64,000 nucleotides of DNA from positions 496,001-560,000 of the forward strand of contig JAYWIR010000002.1 in the NCBI GenBank assembly GCA_036172245.1. The letters run 5' to 3'. This document shows, piece after piece, positions 12,180 through 24,494 of this stretch (position 1 is the stretch's first letter; each line of letters starts with the position of its first letter). This DNA comes from Raillietiella orientalis. Lineage: Eukaryota. The notes beneath the pieces are model-generated. The model made no database searches, had not been told where the DNA came from, and saw nothing but the letters and a program-made list of their open reading frames with translations. The position numbers and the translations under genes were made by a program.

Positions 12180-13990
12180 TTGTTTGGGTTTGTAAGGGTC
12201 ATTTAGTCCGATTCCCCATTAGTTTTTTACGCGCTGCAATCTCTTCCCAGTTCAGGGGAATTGTCTTTCCCTTTGTTCTCTCAATTTGTTTGATCTCCTC
12301 TTTGATTACGTTTCTGCAGAGTGTGCACAACACGTAGAGCGAAAGACGCTTTCTGAAATGGAGTTCCTGCGATTCCCAAATCAAATTACCGCTAAGGTTA
12401 TGTTCACGAAGATGCATAAGCCAGCTTCCAGGCTCCTTTTGTTCTCATGGATCTTTTCGAACCCTGGCGTCCGGTCCGAACGACTTCACCAGTGGTGATC
12501 CCAGTTGGGATCGAAAAGCCGTGTCTTCGTGTTGGTTCCGCTTCAGTGGGCAGGCGGAGTGCTCCTGTGTTCAGGAAGGTCCTCTCTGCCGATTCACCTC
12601 GGCCGATTCCGTGATCCGCGCACGATCTTCGCTTCGTTTGGCTCGCTCCTTCGTCTGCGGCGGATAATTTCGGCTTGTAAAAATCCTTTCTCCTCTCACG
12701 CGGCCTTCGTGTTATTTTGCGTCCGCTTCAGCTCACTGTCACAATAGTGCTCTTTGTCTTCAGGAGGCAACGAACTGGACATCTCTCGTCTGATCTCGTC
12801 CTGTTACCTTTTTTTTTTCCTTCTCGGTGATGAATGTTCGGCGCTCTGGAGATCTGCGTCCTGCTGGAAAAAAGCAGGTTTCAAGTGGCTCCGTTCGACG
12901 AACAGCCCGATTCTCGACGGACGACAAAGGACTTCTGTCCCGAAACCGTCCCAATGGTCTCTGCGACACGGTGAGGGGACACGCCCTGGTTAAAGTTCAT
13001 CCCCGAGCCGGCCGAAATTCTGTTTTTTTCTTTCCTTTTTTCTCCGGCTCGAGCTTTTCACGTTTGTAATCTTCCACACCACGATGCCTTTTGGTTGCGC
13101 AAGACGCGTGCAGATGGGCAGAAAAGTAAAAGTTTCGGCCAAATAATAATAATGATGATGATAATCACCATCATCATCACAACGACCATAGAAAAACACA
13201 AGTAGGCCCAGATGGCAAAGGAGCGGTCACTTATACGGGTGAAGAAGCGCACTTTTCTAGGCAAAGAAGAGAAGAAAGAAACCCCTAAAGTGTACTGCAA
13301 TGCAGGTGCCTCGATCATCAATTATTCCCGGGCAAAACACACGGATAGAAATAACAAAGTGTGCAAATGATAGCTTTCACAAGATTACCATATCCATGTA
13401 TATTTTTTCTCCGGATGAGTTCGTGCATTCTGTTGCTTGCTTAAGCATGCGCCCGCGCTGATTAGAAGCTCCGGGAATTCGGAGACCATGATTTCGGCCA
13501 TTACTTCGCTCCTTGAAATTACGAATGCACTAAGTGTTCTCAACTGGATGGCGTTTACATGCTGATTGGATCTCCGCTCAGAGTAAACTGAGCTTTCCTG
13601 TTCAAAAAATTGGTAGGCAACCTTTCCTTCAAAGGGTATACCCACTGATTTGAACATTCCTCCCATGGTTCGGCACCCGGAACACGAATTCCCAGATATG
13701 CCAACGTCTAATTCTCTCGGGTCCAGCGCAAAACCCACTGATCCGGCGGTTCCGAAGAAGCGAGTGGAAGACGCTTGCTCTCGGCGGCCTTTTCTCTGGA
13801 AGAGATCACCTTGTGAAATTTGGTGAATGAGGAGGATCCGTTGCTTTTCATTGCGTGCGTGCCCCTAACTTTGCCGGCCTCCGCTTCTTTTGAAGGCAGG
13901 AATCGTATTTTAGCCGGGATCCCCGCAGGGAAAAAGGAGACAGGGAAGTTTCAACAACCTCCAGAGAGCAACGTTTCCCGCTCGTTTCTT
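12180..13990 (-). mobile_element. L1/Tx1-type ORF2 3' half (from just after motif A to the C-terminus)
   Basis: RETLL..GIPAKI..KVR..SNGSSSF (~13980-13830), QISQGDL (motif B-like), FKSVGIPF and SERRSNQHVN (ORF 13385..13738), ACPL..EDT and GNLIWES..F..IKEEI (ORF 12199..12417). Interrupted by simple-sequence DNA around 13000-13380. Confidence 0.5.
13141..13181. repeat. Compound (AAT)/(GAT)/(CAT) trinucleotide repeat
   Basis: Directly visible. Confidence 0.8.
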
Positions 13991-14849
13991 ATTTTAATTT
14001 ATAAATTTAAATCACGGATTCTTTCTTTCTTTTTTTTTACTCAGCATGGCACAATACTCGCTTTCATTCCGGCGCAGGCGCACTTCGACCTTAGGAGTGA
14101 CAGCAGGCAGAAAAACTTGCTTCAGGATGTTGACGGATTCTTGTTCATACACTTGCTGATAGATTCTCCCGAAAGACGTTGACTCCATTTTCTCCCCCCC
14201 CCCTTTTCACGTCCTTGGTTCCTGTTTTTGATCTTTTGCCGTCAAATCCTCCATCATCAGATGGATGATTTTGTGATCGGAATTCTTAACCACGACCAAT
14301 GGAGTTATTCCGCTCCTTACAATAAGCGTCGTGCCACTGAATTTGATCCACGAGTGCCATGCGCAGCTACAGATTTTCCAACCCAAGCACCTCCCACCCG
14401 TCATCATCGGCTCCAGAGGGTAGCTGTGGGACGTCTACATGGCCGCAAACGATCAGGAATCCTCGCGTGCTTGTTCTGAGCTTCGTGAGCATCGCGGCCT
14501 CAGAAGCCCCATCTTGTGCAGAATGGTGGATAGAGACAAGCTGGTGCCTACCTCATTTGCTATGCAACTGGATGCTGACCGCAGCTTCGTGACGCTGCTT
14601 CAGCTGCGAAAGAGAAAAAGAAGAAAACTTTTCCATCTCTTTCGCTCGCCAACTAGCTTTCAACCGGAGCTGGGAAGCAACGCCAAGATTTTCGCGCCGT
14701 GTGGATCTGCGAGAAACCGAAATTGTCCGCCACTGTCCTTCCTCGGTCGGAGCCCATAATTCATTCAGAAAGTGCTGCAGGAGGGCCTCATTCCTTGCTC
14801 TTCTGGATGAACCGTACCCAAACGGTTCGCGCAGCTGCTTCATTATCTT

Positions 14850-15668
14850 CTTTCTGGCACACGAGGATCTGATTGGACTGCACACCTGAGGTCCTTAATC
14901 CTTTTTTGGATGGCGGGGAGGGGCGGAGTAAGCAACAAGTAGGGGGCGAAGGATGGCGGCCGCAAACGAGTTCCATATCGCAGCAGTGGAAGCGATCTTG
15001 CTGTTACATTGGGGCCTCCCATGCAACGCCCGCTAACATCACTGGACCTGGGAGAGTTCAAGCTTTAATTGCAGCAGGTGCGGAGAAAGAGAGTCCCTCC
15101 CGCACCTGCTCGTGGATTGTGTTGTCTTCCTTCCTCTGTGAGGACGTTTTTCCGCATCCCTGCGGGTCCCCAAGGGCAACCCAGAGAAGTTTTGAAGCTC
15201 TTCCTGCACGACGCCCTCACGCCGGCCGCATCCCTAGCAGCACTTTGCTGCCCATGCGGCGGGATCGTAGCTTCATGGAGCAACGCCAGAGGAGGCTATA
15301 GCGATGAGGACGCCATGTATTTTGCTGTTCTCTTCATGAGGATGGCGTCAAGATGGTCCCATCTGGCAATGATAAAACAAGAACTTGCATCAGGGAACTT
15401 GCATCGGCATCCTGCAAAGGGTCCAGGGAACGCCCCCAGAACACAGTGATCCCTTCCCGAACCCTCAAAATTCTTTTGTATATATTTTTTTGATTTATTT
15501 TTTGTTTGTTAGTTTGTCCCTCCCTCCCACCCTCCCTCCTTCTGCTGTCCAAGCGAACTTCGCCAGCCTGCTTTTTTTAAATTTGTAACGTGGCTGGACC
15601 AAGCATTCTGCCACCGAATTGTAAGTTTATTTTATATAAATAAACGTCCCGACGCAACCAAGTGTCAA
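14850..15668 (+). mobile_element. Tx1-like family A 3' end (may extend left to ~14200)
   Basis: ORF 15069..15449 (..LFLHDALTPAASLAALCCP..WSNARGG..YFAVLFMRM) is clearly homologous to minus ORF 16927..17316; followed by a T-rich 3' UTR and the shared terminus at 15622-15668. Confidence 0.7.
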
Positions 15669-15850
15669 CACACCTGAGGTCGAGAGACCAATCTGCAGCG
15701 CATGCAGTCTTGGTCACCCACGCGCTCATCGCACTTGGACTTTTCGTGGGCGGTTTTGCCTCTGCAGTGTTAAATCTTTTTCCCTGCCATGGAAACAAGC
15801 CGTGGTGAAGGCAGCGAAACCAGTTCTAGTGGAACTCCGTTTCCCTGTGA
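15669..15850 (-). mobile_element. RT N-terminal fragment up to motif A (putative host)
   Basis: FPWQGKR..WSLDLRCVDT (ORF 15577..15798) resembles GFxxGR..SLDxxKAFDT; short nucleotide similarity to 16590-16645. Confidence 0.35.
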
Positions 15851-16479
15851 ATTTCCTGCCAGGTCCCTCGGGACGAGTTTGCCTTCACGACTCCACTCCG
15901 GAGGAAAAGCTGGAGGTATTTCATTCCGTGAGGCTACGGGGCGCTCGGTTGCTGCTTTTCGAAACCGTCGCCTCACAAGGTACGCGGCCTCTTTGCCACC
16001 TCTCCCGTGCAAGTTCTGCTCCAGCTGTGCGGATCCACTCGAAGTCAGCCTTTTGCATTCTCATCAGCCACTCCGTTTTCAGCAAGCCGTTTGCTTCTCG
16101 GGAGATGGATCTGCGAGCTGGGTGCGTCTTAACGCTGTCCGAGCGGCAACATCCGGGATGATGGAATGAATTTTCCGGTTGCTTCTGGTCTGCCTCGATT
16201 TTCCAAGTTTCACGCCGCCACTTTGGAAGAGAGGGGTCACGGTGTGGGGTTTCTTTTCTTTTCCAAACACAGCCTTACCTTCATATTTTTCTTGCATGTC
16301 ATCTGTTCCGAGATCGTGGGCGCAGTGGATCTCAAGCGAAAGCGTCATGCAAAGACGTCAGCTAAACTGTAAACATCGCGCAAAAAAAAAAATTATTATT
16401 TTTTTTTTGGTGTGTTCAGGTCAGGAATCTCTGATACTCTGCATGATGCTTTGCATCGGAGAAACCAGAGTCTCCCAAA

Positions 16480-16638
16480 GACGGGCACCCGAGACCTTGT
16501 GCAAGAGGTCGCAGTGTTGAGGGTTCGAATCCCACTCGGGGAAGGATCGAACCTCCGAGAGATGCGTTCGTCGTATGTTTGCAGTCCTAGCTGCAGAACG
16601 ACGCTGGCTGGTCTTAGAGCTTCAGATATGGCACTGAT
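16480..16638 (+). mobile_element. RT fragment, left part of an interrupted host
   Basis: Aligns by eye to the reverse complement of ~5912-6045 (gggttcgaatcccactcggggaagg vs gggttggaatcccacccggggaagg; gcagaacgacgctggctggtc vs gcaggacggcactggttggtc). Confidence 0.6.
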
Positions 16639-17558
16639 TGACACCTGGTCACTCCGGGGACTTTATTTATGAAATAAACATCCACGTCTGTGGCGGGACG
16701 TGTAATCCTGCCACGTTACTTATAACCAGGAAGAGGAACCTGCAGAGTACCGGCACGCAGAACAGCGAGGTTCACCACGACGGCACAGGGAAAGGGGAGA
16801 CAAACAAAAGGAATAAAAAATAAAACGAAAAACATATAGTCAGAAAAATGGGGGAGGTTCGAAAAGGAATCACTTGTGCTGGAGGGTGTTCCCTGCATCC
16901 TTATAAGGATGCCGGCAATTCCTGTTTCAAGACTCCCAGATGGGGCTATCTTGACGTGCTATCCTCATGAAGAGGACAGCAAAATAGATGACATCCCTGT
17001 CGTTATGGCCTCCTCTGGCATTGCTGCTCCATGCAACCACGAACTCTCCCCGTGGGCAGCGCAGCGCTGCTGGAGATGCGGCCGGTGGGAGTGCGTCTTC
17101 CTGGAAGAGGCGTTTCAGAAGGCCTCTGGGATTGCCCTCGGGGATCCACAGAGACGCAGCAAAACGTCCCCAAAGGAGCCAGAGGGCAACACAGTTCACT
17201 AGGAGGTGTGGAAGAGATTCCCGTTCTCCGCACTTTGCACAGTTTGGATTCACACACATCCATGTCCAATGATGCCAGTGGGCATTGCACGGGGGGCCCC
17301 AGAGCAGCAGCATCAATGCTGACTCCTGCCAGGGTGCGGATGTTCATGAGCACCGGGGACCATTACAGGACTTCCTCCGGAATACCCAGTAGCACGCCCC
17401 AGAGCAAAAGTCCACGAGGTCGAGCACTCGGGGTCTCTGCGTCGGTGAGCTGGCCCGTCGTCCACCCTCCCGATCCTCTTTTCCTTCCGGAGATCTTCAC
17501 AGTAACCTCCCATCTAGCCGTAAGGCTGCTGCCCATGTGTTCCCTAAGGGAGAGGAGT
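16639..17558 (-). mobile_element. 5'-truncated Tx1-like family A copy
   Basis: ORF 16927..17316 has NPNCAKCGERESLPHLLVNC (zf-RVT CxxC..H..C), followed by a T-rich UTR and the shared terminus. Confidence 0.7.
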
Positions 17559-17970
17559 GCTGATGGGAGCCGGATGAACCCGTTGACTGACCGCGACTAG
17601 AAGTCGACCCTCCGGGGTGCTTCCGAGAACCAAGAAGACGAATCCCTTCGGGGTTCCCCTCTGGTGTTGAAAATAGAGCCTTCCTTCTCCTTGAGAAGGG
17701 GTGGGGACAACCCTCCATCGCGTACCATGCATGGTGTTGGTTGATGCATCTCCAGAGTGTCAGAAGCGCTCCGCTTCCTCCGTGGAGTGCCACTCAGAGA
17801 AATTTAGAGGTTCTCTTCAGAGAAGCTCCAACAAGGAGCGGTTTCCTTGCGGTTTTCCTACGGAGACAAGAAAGAGGTGGAATGGCTTCCTCGAAGAATC
17901 CCTCTGGAGAGAATAAGGAAGAGTTCCCTTAAAGGTTCCTTCCTAGTGCAGGTAGGACTCTCCAGGTTTC
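17559..17970 (+). mobile_element. RT fragment, right part of the interrupted host
   Basis: Aligns to the reverse complement of ~5550-5915 (aaatagagcc, ctccagagtgtcagaagc and ggttctcttcagag shared); translates GSPLVLKIEP. Confidence 0.6.
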
Positions 17971-18299
17971 CTCTGATCTGGGTGCTTTTCAATGATATCC
18001 GGGCTTCCCTGCGCGTGCGTATTCCAGCGCGCGTCCCTCTTGTCTGTCGAACGCGAATCCTGCGACTGGGATTTCGTGTTCCCTGCCACTTCGTATTTAG
18101 CGCGCTCGCCTGCCCGCCGTCCACACGCTGTCCGAGCCGCTGCTCGGTTGGGTCATCTTTTCGGAGGTAGCGCCTCAGGATTTGCGCGGAGGATGCCCAT
18201 TCTCAAACACGAGAAGGTGAAGTCTTTTTCTTGGACTTCATGAAGAGGAAGGTTCAGCTGGTTCTGAAGCTCTTGCGCAGCCTAAGTCAAATGTCATTC

Positions 18300-21200
18300 A
18301 GTGGTGGCCGCCTCCGTGATTCCGCAGAAGACGAAGACAATCGTGCAGCTTAAATTTTTCCATCGTTGTTTCAAATTTCAGTAAGGGTCGGAAGGGGGTG
18401 GGAAGTGACCTCATCTGTTTGTCCTCAAGTTCACAAGGTGAATGCAAGTATCCGGTTGGTTCATCACCCGGATCCGCTACGGCATTCATTGTCATCAATG
18501 AGCTTGGTAGAGAAGGAAAGGAACAGTGGAAGGACTTCAAGCCCTACTACGTCAGGGGAACATCCCTGCTCAAAGTTATCTTGGAGACATGGGGAATGGG
18601 AGATTTCGAAGAAGAAACAAAATAATGGGAGGAGATCGCACTGTGTTTTGCGACGTCTCGCTCATTCTCTCCAGAGTACCAAAGGTCCCCAGGATACTGG
18701 CGACTTCCGTCCGTATGTTGTTCAGGTAGAGCCATCTCATGGTGAGCCTCATGAAAGGTGGATGGTGTCCCTTCCATTCTGGTCTCTTCTTGTGGCGTTC
18801 CAGGCCGTCACTGTCCCGCGAAGACAGCAAGCAGCTGATAAGGACGCAGCTGGAGGCACTGCTTCATGCACACGAAGAGGATCTTCATGATGTTCCTGAG
18901 GCCGCCCGCCGGGATCCTTAGGGCCCTTCGCAAGGAATTCCCAAAGGAGCTGGAGGTCCACATAGTCCTCAAGCAGCTGCAGGAGGGTTCCTCTTTCCCA
19001 TCGCCTGGCACAATTGGACTCGCGAGTCCGCCCTCCTCCGGGCTCAACTGAGCAAGAGTGCTCTGCACGGGAGACCTCAATGCAAGATGAGCAACGACTC
19101 CTGACACCTGGAGAGAAAAGTGGAACTGTCCGTAAGTATTGCTGGCAACTGCAGGTATTCTGTGAAGATGTCCAGCCTCTGTTCCCTACCAAGCAGTTCT
19201 TCAGGTGGAGCACGTGGGGTACTCAGCATCCGCCAGCTGAAGAGTGGACCACCCACCAATAGGTTTCTTTTTTCCAGCAATGCAGCAGATCACTTCCCAC
19301 CGTGTCGCTGAGCCACTGCCGTTTGCCTCTCTTGAGGAGGGCAGCACTGAAACAAGGGAAGTTAATGAACGGGTCTTGAATCCTCTGCTAATGGTCTCCC
19401 GCAACGACAAACGCGCGTTCTTGCCACGTCACAGGCAAAAGTGTTCAGCGCTCGTGTTATAGACCTTGCCCTGCTTGTGATCTGTTTCCTGAGACCAGGC
19501 ACTACAGTTCGCGGAAAGGCAGGTGATCTAGGAGTTCTCCTCCTCTAAGACAACTATCCTACGAAGCTGATGCCTGCAGCGGGCTGGACTCCGGTGACTG
19601 CCGACGAGGACCGATGTCAGCCCATTGCAGCCGACTGCCCTATCGGAGGGGAGGCGTTCTGGGATGTATCGATGGTTCGTCCAATTCTTCGCTGCCAGGG
19701 CTGATCTTCTCAACTGGAGCTGACGCTTCATTATTCCGTTGGTAAGAAACGTGCCGAGCCGAATCCCTAAGAGATCGTCGAAATCTGTTTGCCAAAAACA
19801 CATACAAAAAAGAAAATTTTCGCTTGCTCCCCTACAGATGCTTTTCGGAATGCGGAAGAGGCCGTGAAACCCGCACCAGTGAAATGCGCCGAGAGCAGTG
19901 GTGGTGAAGCGGTGACCGATTTCTTCAGGAACACTGGCGCCGCTAAGACGGAAACTCGCCGCTTTGCTAGGTCTTCTCGTATCGTACTGCAGTGGGACAT
20001 CAGTGCCCCCACCTCCCCATCTCAACGTTCTTGCAATCTCATCCCACCGGGGGATAGCATGCCTTGGACATTCGCGCTCAGTTCTCTTGAGACCGGTCTC
20101 CAGAAAAATATGCGGCAGTAACCTGCCGCAACGAACTTTTCCCATGATGGGGCAGCTTGTCAATAATATGCGTGCGTGCGTGCGTGCGCGCGCGCGCGTG
20201 CGTGTGTTTTTCTTGTTTACAAATCCTAATTGATCGATCATCCGATTGCACACAACATAATTTGTGGCGCATGCGTTCTCTTCCTCCGGTTGTCCGCTTG
20301 TGAGTTGTGCTCTTTATTTGCTCTTTCCCTCGGCAACCTTTTCTTCTCCTGTTCGTTTGGTCCTATCTTCGGATGCTGTGATGTTAGTTTTAAGTAGAGA
20401 TCTCTTCTGGAAGCAGATGTACGCATGCATATTTCTGTTCTTCTGCCTGAATTTTATTCCCCGCTAAGTTCTTTTTTTGCTTCCACCCCCGCAGCGCCAG
20501 CCTCGCCTTCTGGTGGAGGACCTCCTACACCATCGTAAAAGGCTGTGGCTTTCCCGAAGAATCTTGGCACCCGGACAACCAAGAGCTTTTCATTCCTTCC
20601 CCCGGAAGTCCTGCGTCGACCTGGATCTGCTGCTGTGCCTCGAAGCAGTTGCTTTTTCCGAACGGCGGCATCCAAGAGTCGTTCGGAGGACATGCAGCAG
20701 TTGGCCACTTTGTGGGAGCTCGAGAGTTCCCTGAACAGCTAGAGAGGATGCTGCTTGGACCGTCTTTTCTTCGGATCAACAGCAGCCGCTTCAGAACAGG
20801 AGTCGCGGATTTCAATTGGTGCCAGCAGCCAGGGAAGAGTGAGAGAATCTCGCCTTCAAAAAAAGAAAAATAGGAAGGGGAAGAACAGACAATGCAAAAA
20901 CACACACACACGCAGCGCTATTCTTCGGGTATATCTGTGGTTCATCGCTATGAGACGCTCTCTTCTTCGAAAAGAAACAGAGGTCTTTCCCTCTCTTTCC
21001 GTTCTACAAGACGAGTGCGCTGAGTCCGACTCTTGAGTTGCTCTTCCAAGACAGGCTGACTGCCAGCGAACACCCATGGAATCAGGATAAAGAACTTCCA
21101 GAAAACCAACCTCCTGTTTGCGGAGAATCCGGCGCTTCCTTAGAAGGACCATCGCGACCGTCATCGTTTGTGGTATTTTCCCTTTGCTGGTTCCTCATTT

Positions 21201-23100
21201 GAACCGTTTTCGGTCTCACGCGCTCTTTATGAAACTCAGGATGGCAACTTTCAGAAGTCAGGTCGCGGCGACATCTGTGGGACCCATGAACCTTTCTCAA
21301 GCTGGATGGGTGCTCTTTCTCCGTCCTAAGTTCGGGATCCACTGACCACCTCTTTTCACCCTCGCGCCTTTTTTCTGAGGGACTCTCTTCCGTATAAGTC
21401 CGGGAAGAACGCGGGATTTCTCGGTTGCAAGCGCGTCCGAGCAGACGCTCCTTGTAGTTTCTGTTCCAAGGGTGGGATGGGAAGCCCTGTGCAGCGGTTT
21501 CCACTTCCATCGCCCTCAACTTCCATTTTCAGCTGGACACAAAGCGTTCGGGCGTTTTGGCAGCTGCGGAAGATTTCACTGTTTCTCTTATGTGCTCGTG
21601 GAGTGGGAAATCTGGCAATTCGTCGAAGAGCTGTCCTTTGAGGATTTATTGGACTTTCAATCTGCTGCTGCTGCTGTTGTTGTTAAGGCCAGCGTCTTGA
21701 GCGGCACGAGATCAGTGTATACCTGAGGTTCAACTCTAGGGCTCCGGGTAGTGGGATGAAGAGCTCACCAGATTGGCGCTTGGCATCGCGAGCACGCGGG
21801 TCAAACAACGTTGCCAGAATTGCGGAACGCTGGATAAACAAACAGAAACATTGGCTTCCGGCATGAACACGAATTTTTGTGTTGCGTCGGTCAGTCAGTC
21901 CTCTCCATTCTGTGAAGCCAAGGTTCCGAGAGTTTTCGTCTCCTGGCAGCGGCGTCGCTTCTTAGCCGTCCTCCTTCGCCGACGGAACGCGACCGTTTCG
22001 CTAGCCTGCGTACCAAGCAGCGTCGGTTGGTGGACTCCACAACCGTCCCGTGTTCCAAAGTTGCACACGAATGCCCAGTCGACACTCTAGATGCAGGGTG
22101 TCCCCGATATGACTCCAGATAACAATTCAGGTGCAGCGCGGTCGCAGGTTGCATGGAAACCGCTGGCTTCCCTGCGGATGGAACAGGCTGTTGGCACGTC
22201 GCCGTACCGATCAGCGTCGACAAGCGAGTGACTCCGTCTCTTAGCATCTCGTGAGAATAAGCTGCACGAGAATGATGAACGCGACCTGGGATGATCCGCC
22301 CACTGCTTTTTTAAGAAGGATTGCCATATGCAGAATGTGCGGGATTCTCATCGGATGCAGCGATTGCGATGGACCGGTGGAATTGCAGATCACGAAAGAA
22401 CAGAGGAGTCCAAAGAAAAAGTTTCACTGCGAAGTGCACCCACTTTTTGCTCATCATTGTGTTGAAAGAGTAGTCCAAGAAGAGAAAGAGGGAGTTTCCT
22501 GAGGATGGTTCCCGACAGGGCAGCAACCCATCCGATGCTTCCAGCACGTATCCAGCGGGCGTTGGGTGTCTGGACCCTTCCTCCTCCCCGCGATGCTCGG
22601 TCGCCTGCATTCCGGAGATCCTACGACGACTGCTCTTGTGGTTGCCGGTGCTCCCTCGGCGGCCAATCCTCCGTCCGTCAGTGCTCCTCCCGGCCCCGTG
22701 GCTGAGAGCCCAAGAGGGCGGGAGACGCCCAGAGGTGGTCCTTTCCCTTCCTCCTGGAGCACTGGATCCTCTTCGTTATCATTCCCGGAGCAGGATGCCC
22801 GGTGGCCCCCACTTCCCCACGCCTCGCACGGTGGCGCGTAAGGGCCGTGCCACCGGCACGTCGCGACCTCCCGTGATGATGGTCAGGCGCTTGGAGGCAT
22901 CGGGCGATTCCTACTGCCTTGAGCGCCCCCCGACACAGGCGATGGGCACCCTTTTCTCTCAGCTGTGAGTCGCCGCCACCCACGGAGGCCTCCGGGGGTC
23001 GAGTCGCGCGCCTCGTGGTGAAGGAATGTTCGAAGCGAAGGCGCTATCCGTGAAATAAGGAGCGCTGCAAGGGCTGGCACTGCCCGGCGCTGGGTAGAAC
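18300..23100 (-). mobile_element. Long decayed L1/Tx1 element (possible ORF1 knuckle through ORF2 C-terminus)
   Basis: Colinear: QLREKGAHRLC (~22950; knuckle-like), RDGVTRL, EVGFLEVLY, LLLIRRKDGP, FFGKATAFYDGV (motif A-like), VPLQYDT, DLLGIRLG, LPSDRAVGCN, LPSSREANGSG, and WKGHHPPFMRLTMRWLYLNNIRT (zf-RVT-like). Could be more than one element. Confidence 0.45.
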
Positions 23101-23799
23101 CTGGTCTTCCCTTCGAGGCAAGGGGTGTTCGTGCTTAGGCGTTCCCGTGTTCTCGTCGAACCCGCCCACGCAATGCGATCTCGGGCACTCACTCGTCCCT
23201 CGAACGTGCGACATTTTCTCCCCGATGCTCCTGGACGCCTTCCTGCCCACCTCCTAGGAGCTTTCGACGTCGCTGTTGGGCTCGTGACGGGTCTCCCCGG
23301 GTTAGGGTGCGCCTTGAGGGTGCTTCGTGGCGCCGTGGCACCATCGGACTCTTTCCTTCATCGTTGCCGCTGCGTACCTTCTCTGCAATCACTGCAGTGC
23401 TGCTGCCACCGTTTCCAGGACGAACGGGCATTTCTGTCCAGCCTCGTTGGGGGTTTCCGCGCCGGGATTTGGGTCCCTTCAGTTCGCATACTGCGGATCG
23501 TGTGGATTCCGAGTCTCCAAGCAGCTCCTCTTCCCGTTTTTCCACGCTTCCTAAGAATTCCAATCCATGTGTTTCATCCTCTGTTACGTTTTCTGAGTGC
23601 AGTTTCCGCTCAGTGCATTCCCTTTGGATTTGCAATTTTGAGGAGATTCATTCTTAATCCTGTGCTCTTTATCTTGGTGTTTCCTGTCTGCTACTCCGAA
23701 TTTCACTTCTTCTAAGGATCTCAATGGCCGATGGGCACGAATGAGCTCAGCACGTTTTGGACGAGACTTATCTCTGAGAAAGCAAAACATGGAAGCACG

Positions 23800-24480
23800 A
23801 GCTAGGCGAACGCATCAAAACTTCTCTCACAGGCACAGCCTCGAAGGGGGAAACCTCGAAGAGCTCTTTGATTCTTGGAAGGACCCCAGAGAATCAACTT
23901 CCAATTTTGACCGCTCAACCGGGGCATCTGAGGTTTCCGGATTCCACCGGTGCTGCAACCGAAGCTTGTAGGCCAACTAGCGTTATTTCGCGGGGAGGAA
24001 GAGACTCGAAACCCATGATGCACCCATTTCTTGGCGCCTATCGACCACGTGGGGATTTGAACACGCGACGCTTGGCTGGACGGACCGGAGATCTTACACG
24101 CGGGGACTGTCAACCCAGGCAATCCCTCTCATCTCAATCCAATAGCAGCCTTCGCAGGGTTCTCTCGTGGACTCAGGGCTGGACAGGCTGTCGCCCGACT
24201 TTACGCCATGAATGCGAATCTTCCTGGTTTGCTTCGGGGACTTGAGATCGACCAAACCATGCTCGAAGGGTGTCGCCATGGAGTACTCCTCCACATCAAA
24301 TCTCCGGGATCTCATTGGAGTATTTGCTGCTGCCACCAAGATCCGCGCCAACGGCGGTTCCAGGCGAGTGCTCGCGCGCAAACCCCTTCTGCTCGCACCA
24401 TCTCAACTTTCCCACTCGCCGAGACCTGGAGGAACCAACCTGCTGCCCTCCGGCGGTGGAAGGCAGGAACAGGTCTGTCC
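23800..24480 (-). mobile_element. RT N-terminal relic homologous to 5800-6100
   Basis: AKKWVHHGFRV..IRKPQ vs AEKWVRRGFRV..NRKPQ; upstream HSPGTAVG and GLVDLKSPK. Confidence 0.6.
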
Positions 24481-24494
24481 TGGCGGCTGCTTGC

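Noticed and set aside
16515..16550. tRNA B-box-like GGTTCGAATCCC (a similar word lies at ~6005-6030 on the minus strand)
   Set aside because: No cloverleaf; it lies inside RT-homologous sequence at the GFxPGR motif position, so it is not called a tRNA or SINE.
20254..20266. CATAATTTGTGG, a U1 Sm-site-like word
   Set aside because: No surrounding U1 sequence or structure.
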